Below, piece after piece: positions 16,570 through 26,452 of a DNA stretch of 34,407 bases. Numbering within the stretch: the first letter of the stretch is position 1; every line of letters begins with the position of its first letter. This stretch comes from a virus (lineage: Duplodnaviria; Caudoviricetes). Position numbers and translations under genes: made by a program. The notes under the pieces were generated by a model. That model was given only the letters and a program-made list of their open reading frames with translations. It was not told the origin of the DNA and did no database searches. The stretch covers positions 1 to 34,407 of the IMG/VR virus record IMGVR_UViG_3300030372_002267; one strand, given 5' to 3'.

Positions 16570-19500
16570 TATGCAGTAATCTTTACTGTTGTGCCTGCAC
16601 CCAGTTGAGTGTTATCAGACCTTACTACATTATAAGTTTCTACAAATCCACCTTTATTTGTAACACTTAAAGTTTCTATAGTTCCTGCTGAACCTCCAAA
16701 ATCCATACCCCCAGATAATAAAGCTCCAAGAAGAAAATATGTAAATGTACCATATCTGGTAGGGTAAACAAAATATAAATATTCACCTGCACCTACATCT
16801 ACAGTAAACCTTGGGTCACCATGAAAAGAAGATGTTTGTCCATCTGTTTGATTTGCTGATTCAGTTACTATTGCACTATTTCCTAAACCTCCTAAATCAG
16901 ATAAATCCCATCCTGAAGAAGTTGTATCTGTAGAAACCCCCCAATAATAATAATTAACAAGTCTTGCTGTGCTATATGTTTTTATACCAAGATTTGCTCC
17001 TGAAAGCATATGTGTTATAGATGATGTATATACTTCATAATTATCACTCCAATCATAATCATTTTTAACATCTAAAGAAGATGTTTTAGTAAATAATGCA
17101 GTTACAAAATCAGAGCCACCACTTGTTCCTACTGTAAAGCCAGTACCTGTTCCTGAAGTAGGAATATCAGTCCAATTTGAAGGAAAAGCCATGTGAACAT
17201 ATTTTCCAGCAGATGTGTTTAAATAATCACCACTACCTGTAAAATGGGTTGTAGATATAGATTGAGAAGAATTTGTAGCCGACCAATCATCTTTTCCTAA
17301 TCCCTGCACTATACCTTCATCAGGAGTTTGAGTACTATTAGTACCCCACCAATATTGTGTTATAGGAGTTACACCATTATAGGCACTTATTTTACCTTCA
17401 CCTAAAGTTGCTTTAGTACTTCTCCATATTGCATAAGTTTCTGCAAATCCAGCAGGATTAGTCCATGATACTGAATCCTCAGTTTCTGTCATACCAATAG
17501 AACCTAAAGGATTGCTTCCTGTAGGATTCCATTGAAATTCATCTGCTGTAATGTTCCAGCCAGTAGGAATAGCAATATAAACATACTGACCTATACCACC
17601 TGTAATATTAGCATAAGAAGAATTTGCAGTTGTATTTGAAGTAGTTGTAAGAGCAACAGTAGTTAGTGTACTATTTATATGATCTTCAGTAGTAAGAGTA
17701 GAAGAACTACTACCAGTCCTAATTTGATTCATAGGAGTAGAAGAATAAAATGTATTAACCAATAAAAGTATACTACTATCTAAATCAACACCTGTTAAAT
17801 TAGATGTCCATAAATCATAATCTTCAGCAAAACCATTTTCATTTGTAACTGAATAAGTACTACCATCTTTAGTAAACCCTGCTGTCATTCCTTCTAATCT
17901 AAAATCAGTAGCTAATGGGTCTGTATATCTACTTGGATAAGCAACCCATATTTTTTCAGAATCAGCCAAACTACTGATAGTTTCAGACATTGTTTGAAAA
18001 CTACTTGTACCTGCATCTACATTACTTAATGCCTCTATTGCTCCAGCAGAAGCTGTAGCTGATGATTTACCAACATACTGCCAATTCCTTATAGTAGAAC
18101 CATTGTCAGAGGTTAATGTATAAGTAGCACTTGTTCTTTCTACTACACATCTGTAAAATCTAAAAGTCTCTGTATATCCTTGTGCATTTTGATAACTTGC
18201 TGTAGCTGTTTCAAAGTTAGCTGTTATATCATCTATTCTAAATGCCCCATTTATAGCATTTGATATTGTACCAAATCTACTTGCATAAGCAATGCAAAGA
18301 TTATTACCTCCACTTGTTTGGTTATTCCAATTCTTTGTAGTATCTAAACCACTATCAGAGCCTCTATCTGTTAAAGTATTAGGGTCAATACTACCAACTG
18401 CTGAAGATGTAGCTCCTTGAAAATAATGGTTTATAGGAGTAGCAGGAAAAGTTGTATCTACAACAGGGTCAGTACTACCAAGTTGTGCTATGTTGGAAAC
18501 ATACACTTTAAAGTCAGAGTCAAATCCATTAGCATTTGTATAGTCTGCTACAGTTTGTTTAGTAAAACCTGCTGTATAATCACCTATTCTTATATCAGTA
18601 GGGTCTAAATCAGCATAATGGTCATCATATGCATATACCATCCAATCATTAGAACCTGCTTCAGGCATTGAGCTTAAAGTTCTACTTACAAGATTAGTAG
18701 TAATTGATTGTGTTAAGTTATTTATATCTGCTTCATTTATTGAAGGAGAACCTGAATTATTCTTTATCCCCCACCTCATTACATTATAAAAATAATGTGT
18801 AGTACCTTCAGTTAATTCATGAGTACCACTTGAAGCTTCAGCAGTATACCTAAATTTTACAGTACCACCTACAGATGAAGGATATGGTATACCAGCTACA
18901 TTATTAGTAGGGGTTGTATCGGTTTCATTTGAAATAACTAAATAAGGGTCTGCTTGTATTTCTTCAATTTTAGCAGACACATTTGGAGGACCATTATTAT
19001 AACTTACAGCAAAAGTATGAGCTCCTTGATCTTTCCAATTACCTGAACCTATTAAATGGCTTGAACCACTTATTTCATCTGAGAAAGTATTTAAGGTAAA
19101 ATTTAAATCTACTTCGCCATCTTTATAACTGTAATATAATTTAGAATTTGTATCAGAATACCACCATATTTTACCTGCATCTTTTTCTAATATTATATCT
19201 ACACTTGAAAAATCAGATGCTGATGTAGGAGCTGTATCTGTTAAAGTTATTTCAGAGCCTCCTCCTCCTCCTGTTGCAGTACTTGATGTTAGACTTGAAA
19301 TATGTCCATAAGTATCTAATGTAATATTTTGTATAAATTGCTGACCTGAATTATCAGATGATATTTGAGAAGATGTGTCAGCATGAGATAATGTTGCAAC
19401 ACCTGATGTTGAACCTCCTGTTAATCCACCTCCTGATGCAACTTCTGTTATATCTCCAGAGCCACCTCCACCTCCAGAGATACCTGTCAATGCACTCCCA

Positions 19501-19727
19501 TCACCATAGAACTTTTCAGCATAAACATTCTTAAACGAATTGTTTTCATCACCTAGATTGTAAGATAAATCTTCATTAGGGACTAAGTCTCCTATAACGC
19601 TCTTAGAGCTCTTAATATCTATATATTGATTAACGTTATCAATGACGTCATTAAGGTCGTCATAGACCTGTTGAAAGGCTCTATTTTCAAGCTTAACATA
19701 AGGACTTCTTTTTTTAGAAACAGCCAT
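16569..19727 (-). CDS. large tail spike/fibre-like protein with six tandem beta-rich domains (1052 aa)
   Basis: S/T/G-rich; GDGSALTGI and poly-Gly linkers; recurring AYPxRY...AGF...TNxxGFxExY units. Confidence 0.7.
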   Translation of the reverse strand: MAVSKKRSPYVKLENRAFQQVYDDLNDVIDNVNQYIDIKSSKSVIGDLVPNEDLSYNLGDENNSFKNVYAEKFYGDGSALTGISGGGGGSGDITEVASGGGLTGGSTSGVATLSHADTSSQISSDNSGQQFIQNITLDTYGHISSLTSSTATGGGGGSEITLTDTAPTSASDFSSVDIILEKDAGKIWWYSDTNSKLYYSYKDGEVDLNFTLNTFSDEISGSSHLIGSGNWKDQGAHTFAVSYNNGPPNVSAKIEEIQADPYLVISNETDTTPTNNVAGIPYPSSVGGTVKFRYTAEASSGTHELTEGTTHYFYNVMRWGIKNNSGSPSINEADINNLTQSITTNLVSRTLSSMPEAGSNDWMVYAYDDHYADLDPTDIRIGDYTAGFTKQTVADYTNANGFDSDFKVYVSNIAQLGSTDPVVDTTFPATPINHYFQGATSSAVGSIDPNTLTDRGSDSGLDTTKNWNNQTSGGNNLCIAYASRFGTISNAINGAFRIDDITANFETATASYQNAQGYTETFRFYRCVVERTSATYTLTSDNGSTIRNWQYVGKSSATASAGAIEALSNVDAGTSSFQTMSETISSLADSEKIWVAYPSRYTDPLATDFRLEGMTAGFTKDGSTYSVTNENGFAEDYDLWTSNLTGVDLDSSILLLVNTFYSSTPMNQIRTGSSSSTLTTEDHINSTLTTVALTTTSNTTANSSYANITGGIGQYVYIAIPTGWNITADEFQWNPTGSNPLGSIGMTETEDSVSWTNPAGFAETYAIWRSTKATLGEGKISAYNGVTPITQYWWGTNSTQTPDEGIVQGLGKDDWSATNSSQSISTTHFTGSGDYLNTSAGKYVHMAFPSNWTDIPTSGTGTGFTVGTSGGSDFVTALFTKTSSLDVKNDYDWSDNYEVYTSSITHMLSGANLGIKTYSTARLVNYYYWGVSTDTTSSGWDLSDLGGLGNSAIVTESANQTDGQTSSFHGDPRFTVDVGAGEYLYFVYPTRYGTFTYFLLGALLSGGMDFGGSAGTIETLSVTNKGGFVETYNVVRSDNTQLGAGTTVKITA

Positions 19728-21745
19728 TAGGTAGGCGTACCTCTAAGTGTTCTATAATTTAAAGAAACAGTTGATAACCTACCTGCTCCTGTACCTGTAA
19801 TTTTTAGTTGAGTAGAGTACATTTTAGCTGGAAGAGATAGGGTGGTTATGTTTTCATAGTCATCATCATCTGCATCATACTCAGTAACAGCATAGCTATT
19901 AATAGGTATTGCTGATATAGTTACATTGGCAGATTTATCTGAATCTATTTTAATCAATGATTTTTGTTGGCTATTATTGCCAAACATAATCTTATTACTA
20001 ACCCATTCAAAGCTAGTTCTTGTAGCAATTTGGTTATCTTGAGATATACTTACGGTAGGGGATATTGCGTATATGCCTACACTTGTAGCTAAAAAACAAG
20101 TTCCTACTGCAATAAAATATGAATAGACTGTACAATTTATATCTGTATCTACATAAGGGGCTTTCCATAAATGCCAAGTATTCTGATCAATGCTATAAAC
20201 AAGAGCTTTAGATATATTAGGTTTATTGAATGTGACCATTATTGAATTATTAATAGGGTTATAAGCAATTATATTATCAGTACCACCTGAAGTATCATAT
20301 CCTAATATTTGATTAAATGAGCCATATCCCATTTTACCACTCACGTCTCCAAGAGCTGTGTTAAGATTGGGAAATTCAACAGGCTGACTAATAATCTTTG
20401 AGAAATTACCATTGTTCATATAGACATGATTATTGTCAAAATGGAACATTCCTTGTTCAGTAACCAATACAGCTTTCTGATGAGACGCTCCTGCTCCTAC
20501 AAATGTATCTTCTATATAGAAATTATTAGGCTCTATTTTGTAAACACTATTTTTCCCAAATGCGTACAACCTTCCATTCCAAAATGATAAAGCTGTAGGT
20601 GTTTCTGGGAGTATAAGAAAATCGACTGACCAGTCGAATATACTATATTTAAAAGCTTTAGATTTGAATATATAATTCTTGGCATCTCCAATATCTGCCT
20701 GAGTACCTGCTCCTACAAAATGAAAGTCATTACCAGTTGTGGAAACACCATATTTAATAGATGTATTACCAACTACTTCATTTATACCTGTAATTGCCTC
20801 ATAAGAAGATGTTGTTCTACCTATATCTATAAATTTTGCTACACCTGCACTACCTCCACTAGACCATTCTGTATCTAACGCTATTTGCTTCATAAAACGA
20901 TAAGGTGTTTCTTCTACGTTGCTTGAACTGCCTGATGGTGAATAAGCTCTGTATATATTTACATGAGAGACTCTTTTTGATAGATTGGCTTCTGTGCCAA
21001 TTGACAAATTAAATTCAATCTGATTTGTATTTGTAGCTACAAAAGAATTAGCACCTGTATCAGGGGCAACTAGAGGAGATTCTTGATAACCATCGTATGT
21101 TAAAGAATATTTATAAAAATATTTATAGCCACTTATAATTCCTTGAGATTCTTCGCTGTCATGAGCAGGTGTGGTCATTGTAAACTCATTATTATAAGGC
21201 TTACATTCATCATGACCTGCATAATAATTAGAAGGAGTTTTAGTTGGAACGTCTCCTGCACTTTGACCTGATGGAGTTATCCACCATTGACCATAAGATA
21301 AATAACCCACCCATTTTGCCTCAGCAGGAGTAGCATAATTGGCTTGACCAAAATGTATAGACTGATTTTTAACAACACTTGTATTGTCAGCATATACGCT
21401 ATAACTACTTCCTATCTCAACTTTAGCTGATGTTTCAATATTATCTGAACCAGCGTCTAAATGTACTGATGGTAAAACCATAAGCTTACTATCAGTACCA
21501 TCTATATATACAATATCAGCGACATTCTGTTCACTTCTAATTATATTTATAAATCTAGTACTTTGGTCATCACCATTACCCCCTACATCTAAAATCTCAT
21601 CTGCTATTCTACCTTCTAATACACCATACTCTGAATAAAAATCTACATTCTCAGCAAAAGACGCTGTATTAGGAGTGGCATCTGAACTATCAATTCGATA
21701 ATCTATACCTTTAAAATCTCTTATTTCTAAAAGCTGTTTAGGCAT
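19727..21745 (-). CDS. tail tubular/stabilisation (nozzle, P22 gp10-like) protein (672 aa)
   Basis: EIRDFKGI N-terminus, YDGYQESPL, beta-propeller-like segments, position in the tail module. Confidence 0.6.
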   Translation of the reverse strand: MPKQLLEIRDFKGIDYRIDSSDATPNTASFAENVDFYSEYGVLEGRIADEILDVGGNGDDQSTRFINIIRSEQNVADIVYIDGTDSKLMVLPSVHLDAGSDNIETSAKVEIGSSYSVYADNTSVVKNQSIHFGQANYATPAEAKWVGYLSYGQWWITPSGQSAGDVPTKTPSNYYAGHDECKPYNNEFTMTTPAHDSEESQGIISGYKYFYKYSLTYDGYQESPLVAPDTGANSFVATNTNQIEFNLSIGTEANLSKRVSHVNIYRAYSPSGSSSNVEETPYRFMKQIALDTEWSSGGSAGVAKFIDIGRTTSSYEAITGINEVVGNTSIKYGVSTTGNDFHFVGAGTQADIGDAKNYIFKSKAFKYSIFDWSVDFLILPETPTALSFWNGRLYAFGKNSVYKIEPNNFYIEDTFVGAGASHQKAVLVTEQGMFHFDNNHVYMNNGNFSKIISQPVEFPNLNTALGDVSGKMGYGSFNQILGYDTSGGTDNIIAYNPINNSIMVTFNKPNISKALVYSIDQNTWHLWKAPYVDTDINCTVYSYFIAVGTCFLATSVGIYAISPTVSISQDNQIATRTSFEWVSNKIMFGNNSQQKSLIKIDSDKSANVTISAIPINSYAVTEYDADDDDYENITTLSLPAKMYSTQLKITGTGAGRLSTVSLNYRTLRGTPT

Positions 21746-22326
21746 TAAAACTCGTAAGCACCGTATCCAAAACGACTAGCATTGCTAGCTTGGTTTTCAT
21801 TAAACTTAGCGACTTCTTCGCTAGGAACTTCATCAAAATCACGACTATCATAACCTAAAGCTTTATCTAAAGCAGGTATACCTTTATAAGGCTCATTAGC
21901 CTGTATTTTACGCATTACATGTAAAGACTTAGGACCAAACATCCCATCCACTTTAAGACCTGCTCTTTCCTGCCATTGCTTAACAGCTTCAGGATTTGAT
22001 ATATCAAGTTCTTTCGACATCTGCCTCAAGGTTATTAAATTTTTAGAATCTTCTAAAGTCTGCTTGTACATTTGGTCACTTTTTTCATAATTATTAGCAA
22101 TTGCCTGTCTTTGACCTTTGTCTGCGTTTGCCACTACTTGTGCTTCAGCATCAGAACTTAAGTTGTATGTATCTTTCATTCTATTCTGTTTAAACCTGTC
22201 CATACTATCTCTTAACCTTCCAAAAACTCTACCCTTTTCTCCTCCTTGAAACAAGCCTTTATCGTCAGTCATTAAACCTCTATCAGCAATTTCTTTTCCA
22301 ATTAAATTTAATAAATTTTGATCCAT
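21745..22326 (-). CDS. peptidoglycan-binding-domain protein (193 aa)
   Basis: AVKQWQERAGLKVDGMFGPKS matches the PG_binding_1 signature. Confidence 0.65.
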   Translation of the reverse strand: MDQNLLNLIGKEIADRGLMTDDKGLFQGGEKGRVFGRLRDSMDRFKQNRMKDTYNLSSDAEAQVVANADKGQRQAIANNYEKSDQMYKQTLEDSKNLITLRQMSKELDISNPEAVKQWQERAGLKVDGMFGPKSLHVMRKIQANEPYKGIPALDKALGYDSRDFDEVPSEEVAKFNENQASNASRFGYGAYEF

Positions 22327-22332
22327 ATTTAT

Positions 22333-23100
22333 TTACCCCCTAATAACCTTTCCATTATAAGTAGTTTTACCATTAATAATATTTAATACGATAAGATTGT
22401 ACAACCCATTGTCATAAAAATCTATGACCCCAACATTATGAGTCCAGTTTGTTTTTCTATTCTTTAAAAAAGACTTTTCCATTTTACATAAACAACCCAT
22501 ACTTTGAGCCATCTTAGGACCATCCATGTGCGTCATGACAGACCTCTGTGCATCATGCGTATGACCGTAAATAACATTTGCCCCCATGTTTTGTAAATGA
22601 GTACGAGTATGATTAACAGAAGAGTAATGACCTCCATGATACGCATATAGCTTAGAACCATTAACTTTAAAGAGTTTACCATAGGGGTGCCATTTATAGC
22701 CTCTCTCTTTAATCTTAAGAACATTCTTTGAACTAAGTTCAGGTAGATAAGGGTGCTCTTCAACGAAGTGGTCAAACCAGATTTCATGGTTTCCCTGTGC
22801 AAAGACTTTCTTTTCACATTTAACTTCATTAAGAACTGCGTCAATTCTATCTAGTCCTTTACTTACTTGTTCAACTTCTTTATATATTTCAGGTAGAATA
22901 TAATCAATAGGAGGGCGTTTTTTCTTCTTCCACTTCCAATGAGAAACAGACTCCCCTTCTACAAAATCGCCTAGACACAAAAAGTAACTAGGCTTAATCT
23001 CTCGTATGACATTTAAAGCACAGCTAAGTGCTTTTTCATCATGATGAGGATAATGTATATCTGGGAATATAACCCCAGTATCGTAAACACCCTTCGGCAT
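22333..23100 (-). CDS. calcineurin-like metallophosphoesterase
   Basis: DIH, GDFVE, GNHE, YHGGH and GHTH motifs. Confidence 0.85.
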   Translation of the reverse strand: MPKGVYDTGVIFPDIHYPHHDEKALSCALNVIREIKPSYFLCLGDFVEGESVSHWKWKKKKRPPIDYILPEIYKEVEQVSKGLDRIDAVLNEVKCEKKVFAQGNHEIWFDHFVEEHPYLPELSSKNVLKIKERGYKWHPYGKLFKVNGSKLYAYHGGHYSSVNHTRTHLQNMGANVIYGHTHDAQRSVMTHMDGPKMAQSMGCLCKMEKSFLKNRKTNWTHNVGVIDFYDNGLYNLIVLNIINGKTTYNGKVIRG

Positions 23101-23126
23101 CTATATAATATGTAATTTGTTGATTG

Positions 23127-23519
23127 CTACCCTTTAATTTCAAAGTGTACGAGATCATCGAAATTGTTATCCTTTAAATCGTTATCACTATCCCAGTCTC
23201 CACCATATCTAATATCTATATTGAGCTGTTTTGCAGTTCCCAAAACAAAGCCAGCAAAATACTGAAAACGCTCCCTATCATCCCAATCAATAGGATAAGG
23301 AGCCACATCAACTGCGTTGGATGGTAATTTGTTATGCTTCCCATGGGGAAATTGTTTTTGAGAATTGCCAGCTTTGTACGCCTTATTTTGGGCTTTTTCT
23401 CCTCTGTGTCCACATGTGACTGAGCAGTCAAAGTGCTTAACCACTTCGTTAAATAATGTTTGCAATTTTTCATTACAAGTAGATAACCTTTTTTTTGATG
23501 TATCTGAAAAGCTTGGCAC
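23127..23519 (-). CDS. endolysin, peptidase M15 (L-Ala-D-Glu peptidase-like)
   Basis: CGHRGEKAQ, GKHNKLPSNAVDVAP, RYGGDW and DLVHFE Zn-peptidase motifs. Confidence 0.85.
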   Translation of the reverse strand: MPSFSDTSKKRLSTCNEKLQTLFNEVVKHFDCSVTCGHRGEKAQNKAYKAGNSQKQFPHGKHNKLPSNAVDVAPYPIDWDDRERFQYFAGFVLGTAKQLNIDIRYGGDWDSDNDLKDNNFDDLVHFEIKG

Positions 23520-23698
23520 TAAGCTTTACCTTTACTTAAAACACCTTCTACAATATCTATTAAAGCATCGACTACTTTCTCTGCTAAAACCTGTTCTTTT
23601 TCTTCACTTACAAATGGCAAATTAATTTTCTTATTTAGAGACGTAGCTATCTCTGTTTTTTTATCTTTTAATGACATTACAACCATATTTACTAGCAT
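23519..23698 (-). CDS. small hypothetical protein (59 aa, MLVNMVVMSLKDKKTEIATSLNKKINLPFVSEEKEQ...)
   Basis: Not in the track; AGGA RBS; its TAG overlaps the endolysin GTG. Confidence 0.6.
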   Translation of the reverse strand: MLVNMVVMSLKDKKTEIATSLNKKINLPFVSEEKEQVLAEKVVDALIDIVEGVLSKGKA

Positions 23699-23847
23699 TC
23701 ACATATTCCTTTTAATTCATTTAACGCTTCAAGTTTACCTACTCTCTTATGGTATTCAGCCTCAATCTGTTTTAATTCAGACTCTAATTGAGCTATCTTA
23801 TCCTCTAATGTAGGTTTAGGCTTATCTATTGGTTTAGTCTTAGCCAA
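23692..23847 (-). CDS. small coiled-coil protein (51 aa, TTG start)
   Basis: AAAGGAG RBS; TLEDKIAQLESELKQIEAEY heptads; overlaps both neighbours. Confidence 0.55.
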   Translation of the reverse strand: MAKTKPIDKPKPTLEDKIAQLESELKQIEAEYHKRVGKLEALNELKGICEC

Positions 23848-24118
23848 CTGTCTCTCCTTTTCCTTTATCTTCTAATTGAACAAATGCAGTAACTATAGGG
23901 GCAGGCTGTTTAGTCATAGTTTGTAGATGAGTAGATACAGCAGTTTTAATCTCATCTTTTGTAGCTTCTTCAGATAATGTTATATCAGCCCAATCATAGT
24001 AATTACCATCTGCATCATTAACACCTACAATCATGCTTTTAAAAGTATCTCCTACCATCTTTTTATCTAACCTTGTTATTGTACAGGCATTTGCTTCTGC
24101 TTCTGTAAAGTTTGCCAT
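23840..24118 (-). CDS. hypothetical protein, possible tail fibre chaperone (92 aa)
   Basis: AAGGA RBS; directly follows the tail fibre gene. Confidence 0.65.
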   Translation of the reverse strand: MANFTEAEANACTITRLDKKMVGDTFKSMIVGVNDADGNYYDWADITLSEEATKDEIKTAVSTHLQTMTKQPAPIVTAFVQLEDKGKGETVG

Positions 24119-24134
24119 TTATTTATCCTTTATT

Positions 24135-25577
24135 TTAATCATGACCTATAGCTGACCATGCCCAACCTGTGTAAACTAATTGGACAATTCTATGTCCATT
24201 TTTTGCCAAAGTAATATCACTTCCAATATAAAACCCATTTAGTTCAGGATTGTGTTTTAAAGTAACGTCACCATTATCGAGATTATCAACATTTAAATAT
24301 ATAATTTGCCCTAATTTTGGATTCCCACCATTGTAAGTAATATTATATAAATTTTGAGCTGATGCAGTTTGTTCTATTTCAACATATCCATCATTAGTAA
24401 TGTCTATAGTTTCATCTCCAGCACCACCTGAAATAGCATAATTATTATATGTTGGATAATCATTAACTGAATGTGATATTAAATTCCACTTAGAACTCCA
24501 ATACATTAACATGATAGAATCTTCTGCCTGAGTTAATATCTTATCTTCCCCCATAAGTAAATTCCCAGTACCATGTTTTAGGGTTATTTCATGACTATCA
24601 GAGTGAAGTCTTAAGACTAAAATCTGTCCATCAGCAGGACTTGCACCACTTGGACCATTAATAGTAACTAAATCATCAGTATTACCAGATTCTGGCAATA
24701 CCGAATGAACACAATGGTCAATTTCTATTACACCACTAGCAATTTCTTTATTGTAGCCAAGCTCAAGAGAAAATGTGCCATTTACTTGTAGTTTAGTAAC
24801 AGGACTAGAACTACCTATACCCACATTACCACTTGAATCAATTGTAAACTTTTGAAGATCATTTATAAAATATCTCAAATCTTGATTAGTAGAATCATGG
24901 TCTAAAAATGCACTGACTGTGCTTCCATTGTTTTTTAACCAACTTATTCTACCAAAAGCATCATCACTTTCTGGATGAAATTTTATTTCTGCATTAGAGC
25001 CACCATCAACCTGTTGAACTTGAACTACTCCTTTACAAAGAAGAGTACCAGAAGTATTTATTCTTAATCTTTCTACACTATTTGTCTTTGCCTGTAATCC
25101 ATTGCTAGTACTGAATTTTATAGCCTCAGTACCTTCTACATTTGATAGCCATGAACCACTATCTACTCTAACATTACCACTAGCATCTATACTTAAATGA
25201 CCTGTGCCACTAGGACCATCTGCACCTGTTTTAAAATGTAATATTGAATCTTTATGATGCCATATACATGCTTTTTTAGTATCCTCATGCATAAAGTGTA
25301 TCTCTCCATATTCACTATTACCGTTTGCATCAAGATAAAATCTGGATGAACCTGATCCTGTTGTTGCACTAGATTGCAATTTAAACTCAACATTGGTGCT
25401 TGGATGGCTTACATGTAAATTATATAAAGGACTTGCTGTACCTACACCTACTCTGTTAGTAGACTTATCTACAACAAGAGTATTATTATCTATGTTTAAA
25501 TCTGTGCTAGTATCAATAATCTGATTGATAGCACTATTAACATTAACTGCTGTTTGGTCTAAATTATAATTAGGCAT
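24135..25577 (-). CDS. tail fibre protein (480 aa)
   Basis: NRVGVGTASP, GNVGIGSSSPVTKLQV and ERLRINTSG shaft repeats; duplicated C-terminal domain; GGAGG RBS. Confidence 0.8.
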   Translation of the reverse strand: MPNYNLDQTAVNVNSAINQIIDTSTDLNIDNNTLVVDKSTNRVGVGTASPLYNLHVSHPSTNVEFKLQSSATTGSGSSRFYLDANGNSEYGEIHFMHEDTKKACIWHHKDSILHFKTGADGPSGTGHLSIDASGNVRVDSGSWLSNVEGTEAIKFSTSNGLQAKTNSVERLRINTSGTLLCKGVVQVQQVDGGSNAEIKFHPESDDAFGRISWLKNNGSTVSAFLDHDSTNQDLRYFINDLQKFTIDSSGNVGIGSSSPVTKLQVNGTFSLELGYNKEIASGVIEIDHCVHSVLPESGNTDDLVTINGPSGASPADGQILVLRLHSDSHEITLKHGTGNLLMGEDKILTQAEDSIMLMYWSSKWNLISHSVNDYPTYNNYAISGGAGDETIDITNDGYVEIEQTASAQNLYNITYNGGNPKLGQIIYLNVDNLDNGDVTLKHNPELNGFYIGSDITLAKNGHRIVQLVYTGWAWSAIGHD

Positions 25578-25580
25578 ACT

Positions 25581-25745
25581 TTACACCTCCACATTTACAC
25601 GAAGGTCTTTATGACTACCATCATCTTCTGTGCTTCTAAGATCAGACATACCCCCTAAAAAATTTCCTGCTCTTAATTCATTTATAATATAAGATGTTAT
25701 TCTCGATATAGCTGTTTTAACTAAATTTAATCCTATTGATAACAT
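25581..25745 (-). CDS. small protein (54 aa, MLSIGLNLVKTAISRIT...)
   Basis: AAAGGAG RBS; fills the gap; in frame with the downstream fibre gene. Confidence 0.55.
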   Translation of the reverse strand: MLSIGLNLVKTAISRITSYIINELRAGNFLGGMSDLRSTEDDGSHKDLRVNVEV

Positions 25746-25746
25746 A

Positions 25747-26028
25747 TTACGCTCCTTTGTAAGCTATACATTTACCTGCATCTACAGTTATAGCTGTAAA
25801 TTCACCAAATATTGTTATTCCTTTAGGGATAGTTACACCTGTAAGCGCAGTGCCATCTCTTCCAGCGTCTGTAAGTGTAGTAAAATATGTATCGCTAATC
25901 ATTGTTATAGCGTTATATGTAGTGCTAGCTGTTGAGTTATTACCATCTACCATATAGGTAGAACCTGCTTGTCCTAATCCTATATTTCCTGCTTCTTGAA
26001 CTGATAATTTGTGCATTGATTTTGCCAT
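25747..26028 (-). CDS. small virion structural protein (93 aa)
   Basis: GAGG RBS; beta-rich C-terminus TIPKGITIFGEFTAITVDAGKCIAY. Confidence 0.65.
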   Translation of the reverse strand: MAKSMHKLSVQEAGNIGLGQAGSTYMVDGNNSTASTTYNAITMISDTYFTTLTDAGRDGTALTGVTIPKGITIFGEFTAITVDAGKCIAYKGA

Positions 26029-26071
26029 TTTTCTTCCTCTCTAAGCTTTGGCTGTTGCGTGAATGAGACCG

Positions 26072-26452
26072 TTAATACTCACCTCCAATGATGTTATAAC
26101 CACCAGAGATTTTATTTTCGTTTTTAATTCTTTTCCCTCGTCTAACATAATCCATATACTCTGATTTATAATACTGAGCCATCTGTGGATTACCTTTTAT
26201 TTCAGCACATTTCTGCATAACCTTACATACAACGCCATATGCTAAAGCGTTTGGAAAGATTACATTCTCTCCAAGTTCACTAATCTTTTTTGTTAAATCT
26301 GAAGATGTAAATTTATCAGGGCGTTTATGATGATGAACTCTTAGTGTTTTGCCTGTTACATCTAAAGTAGTAATTTTATTTGTAGACTCGCTATAAACAC
26401 CTATACCAAGCTTACCATCTTTTATAAACCATACATTGCTACTAAGTGACAT
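26072..26452 (-). CDS. head-tail adaptor/tail tubular-like protein, C-terminal part (126 aa)
   Basis: FPNALAYGV...AQYYKSEY resembles the C-termini of phage adaptor proteins. Confidence 0.5.
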   Translation of the reverse strand: MSLSSNVWFIKDGKLGIGVYSESTNKITTLDVTGKTLRVHHHKRPDKFTSSDLTKKISELGENVIFPNALAYGVVCKVMQKCAEIKGNPQMAQYYKSEYMDYVRRGKRIKNENKISGGYNIIGGEY

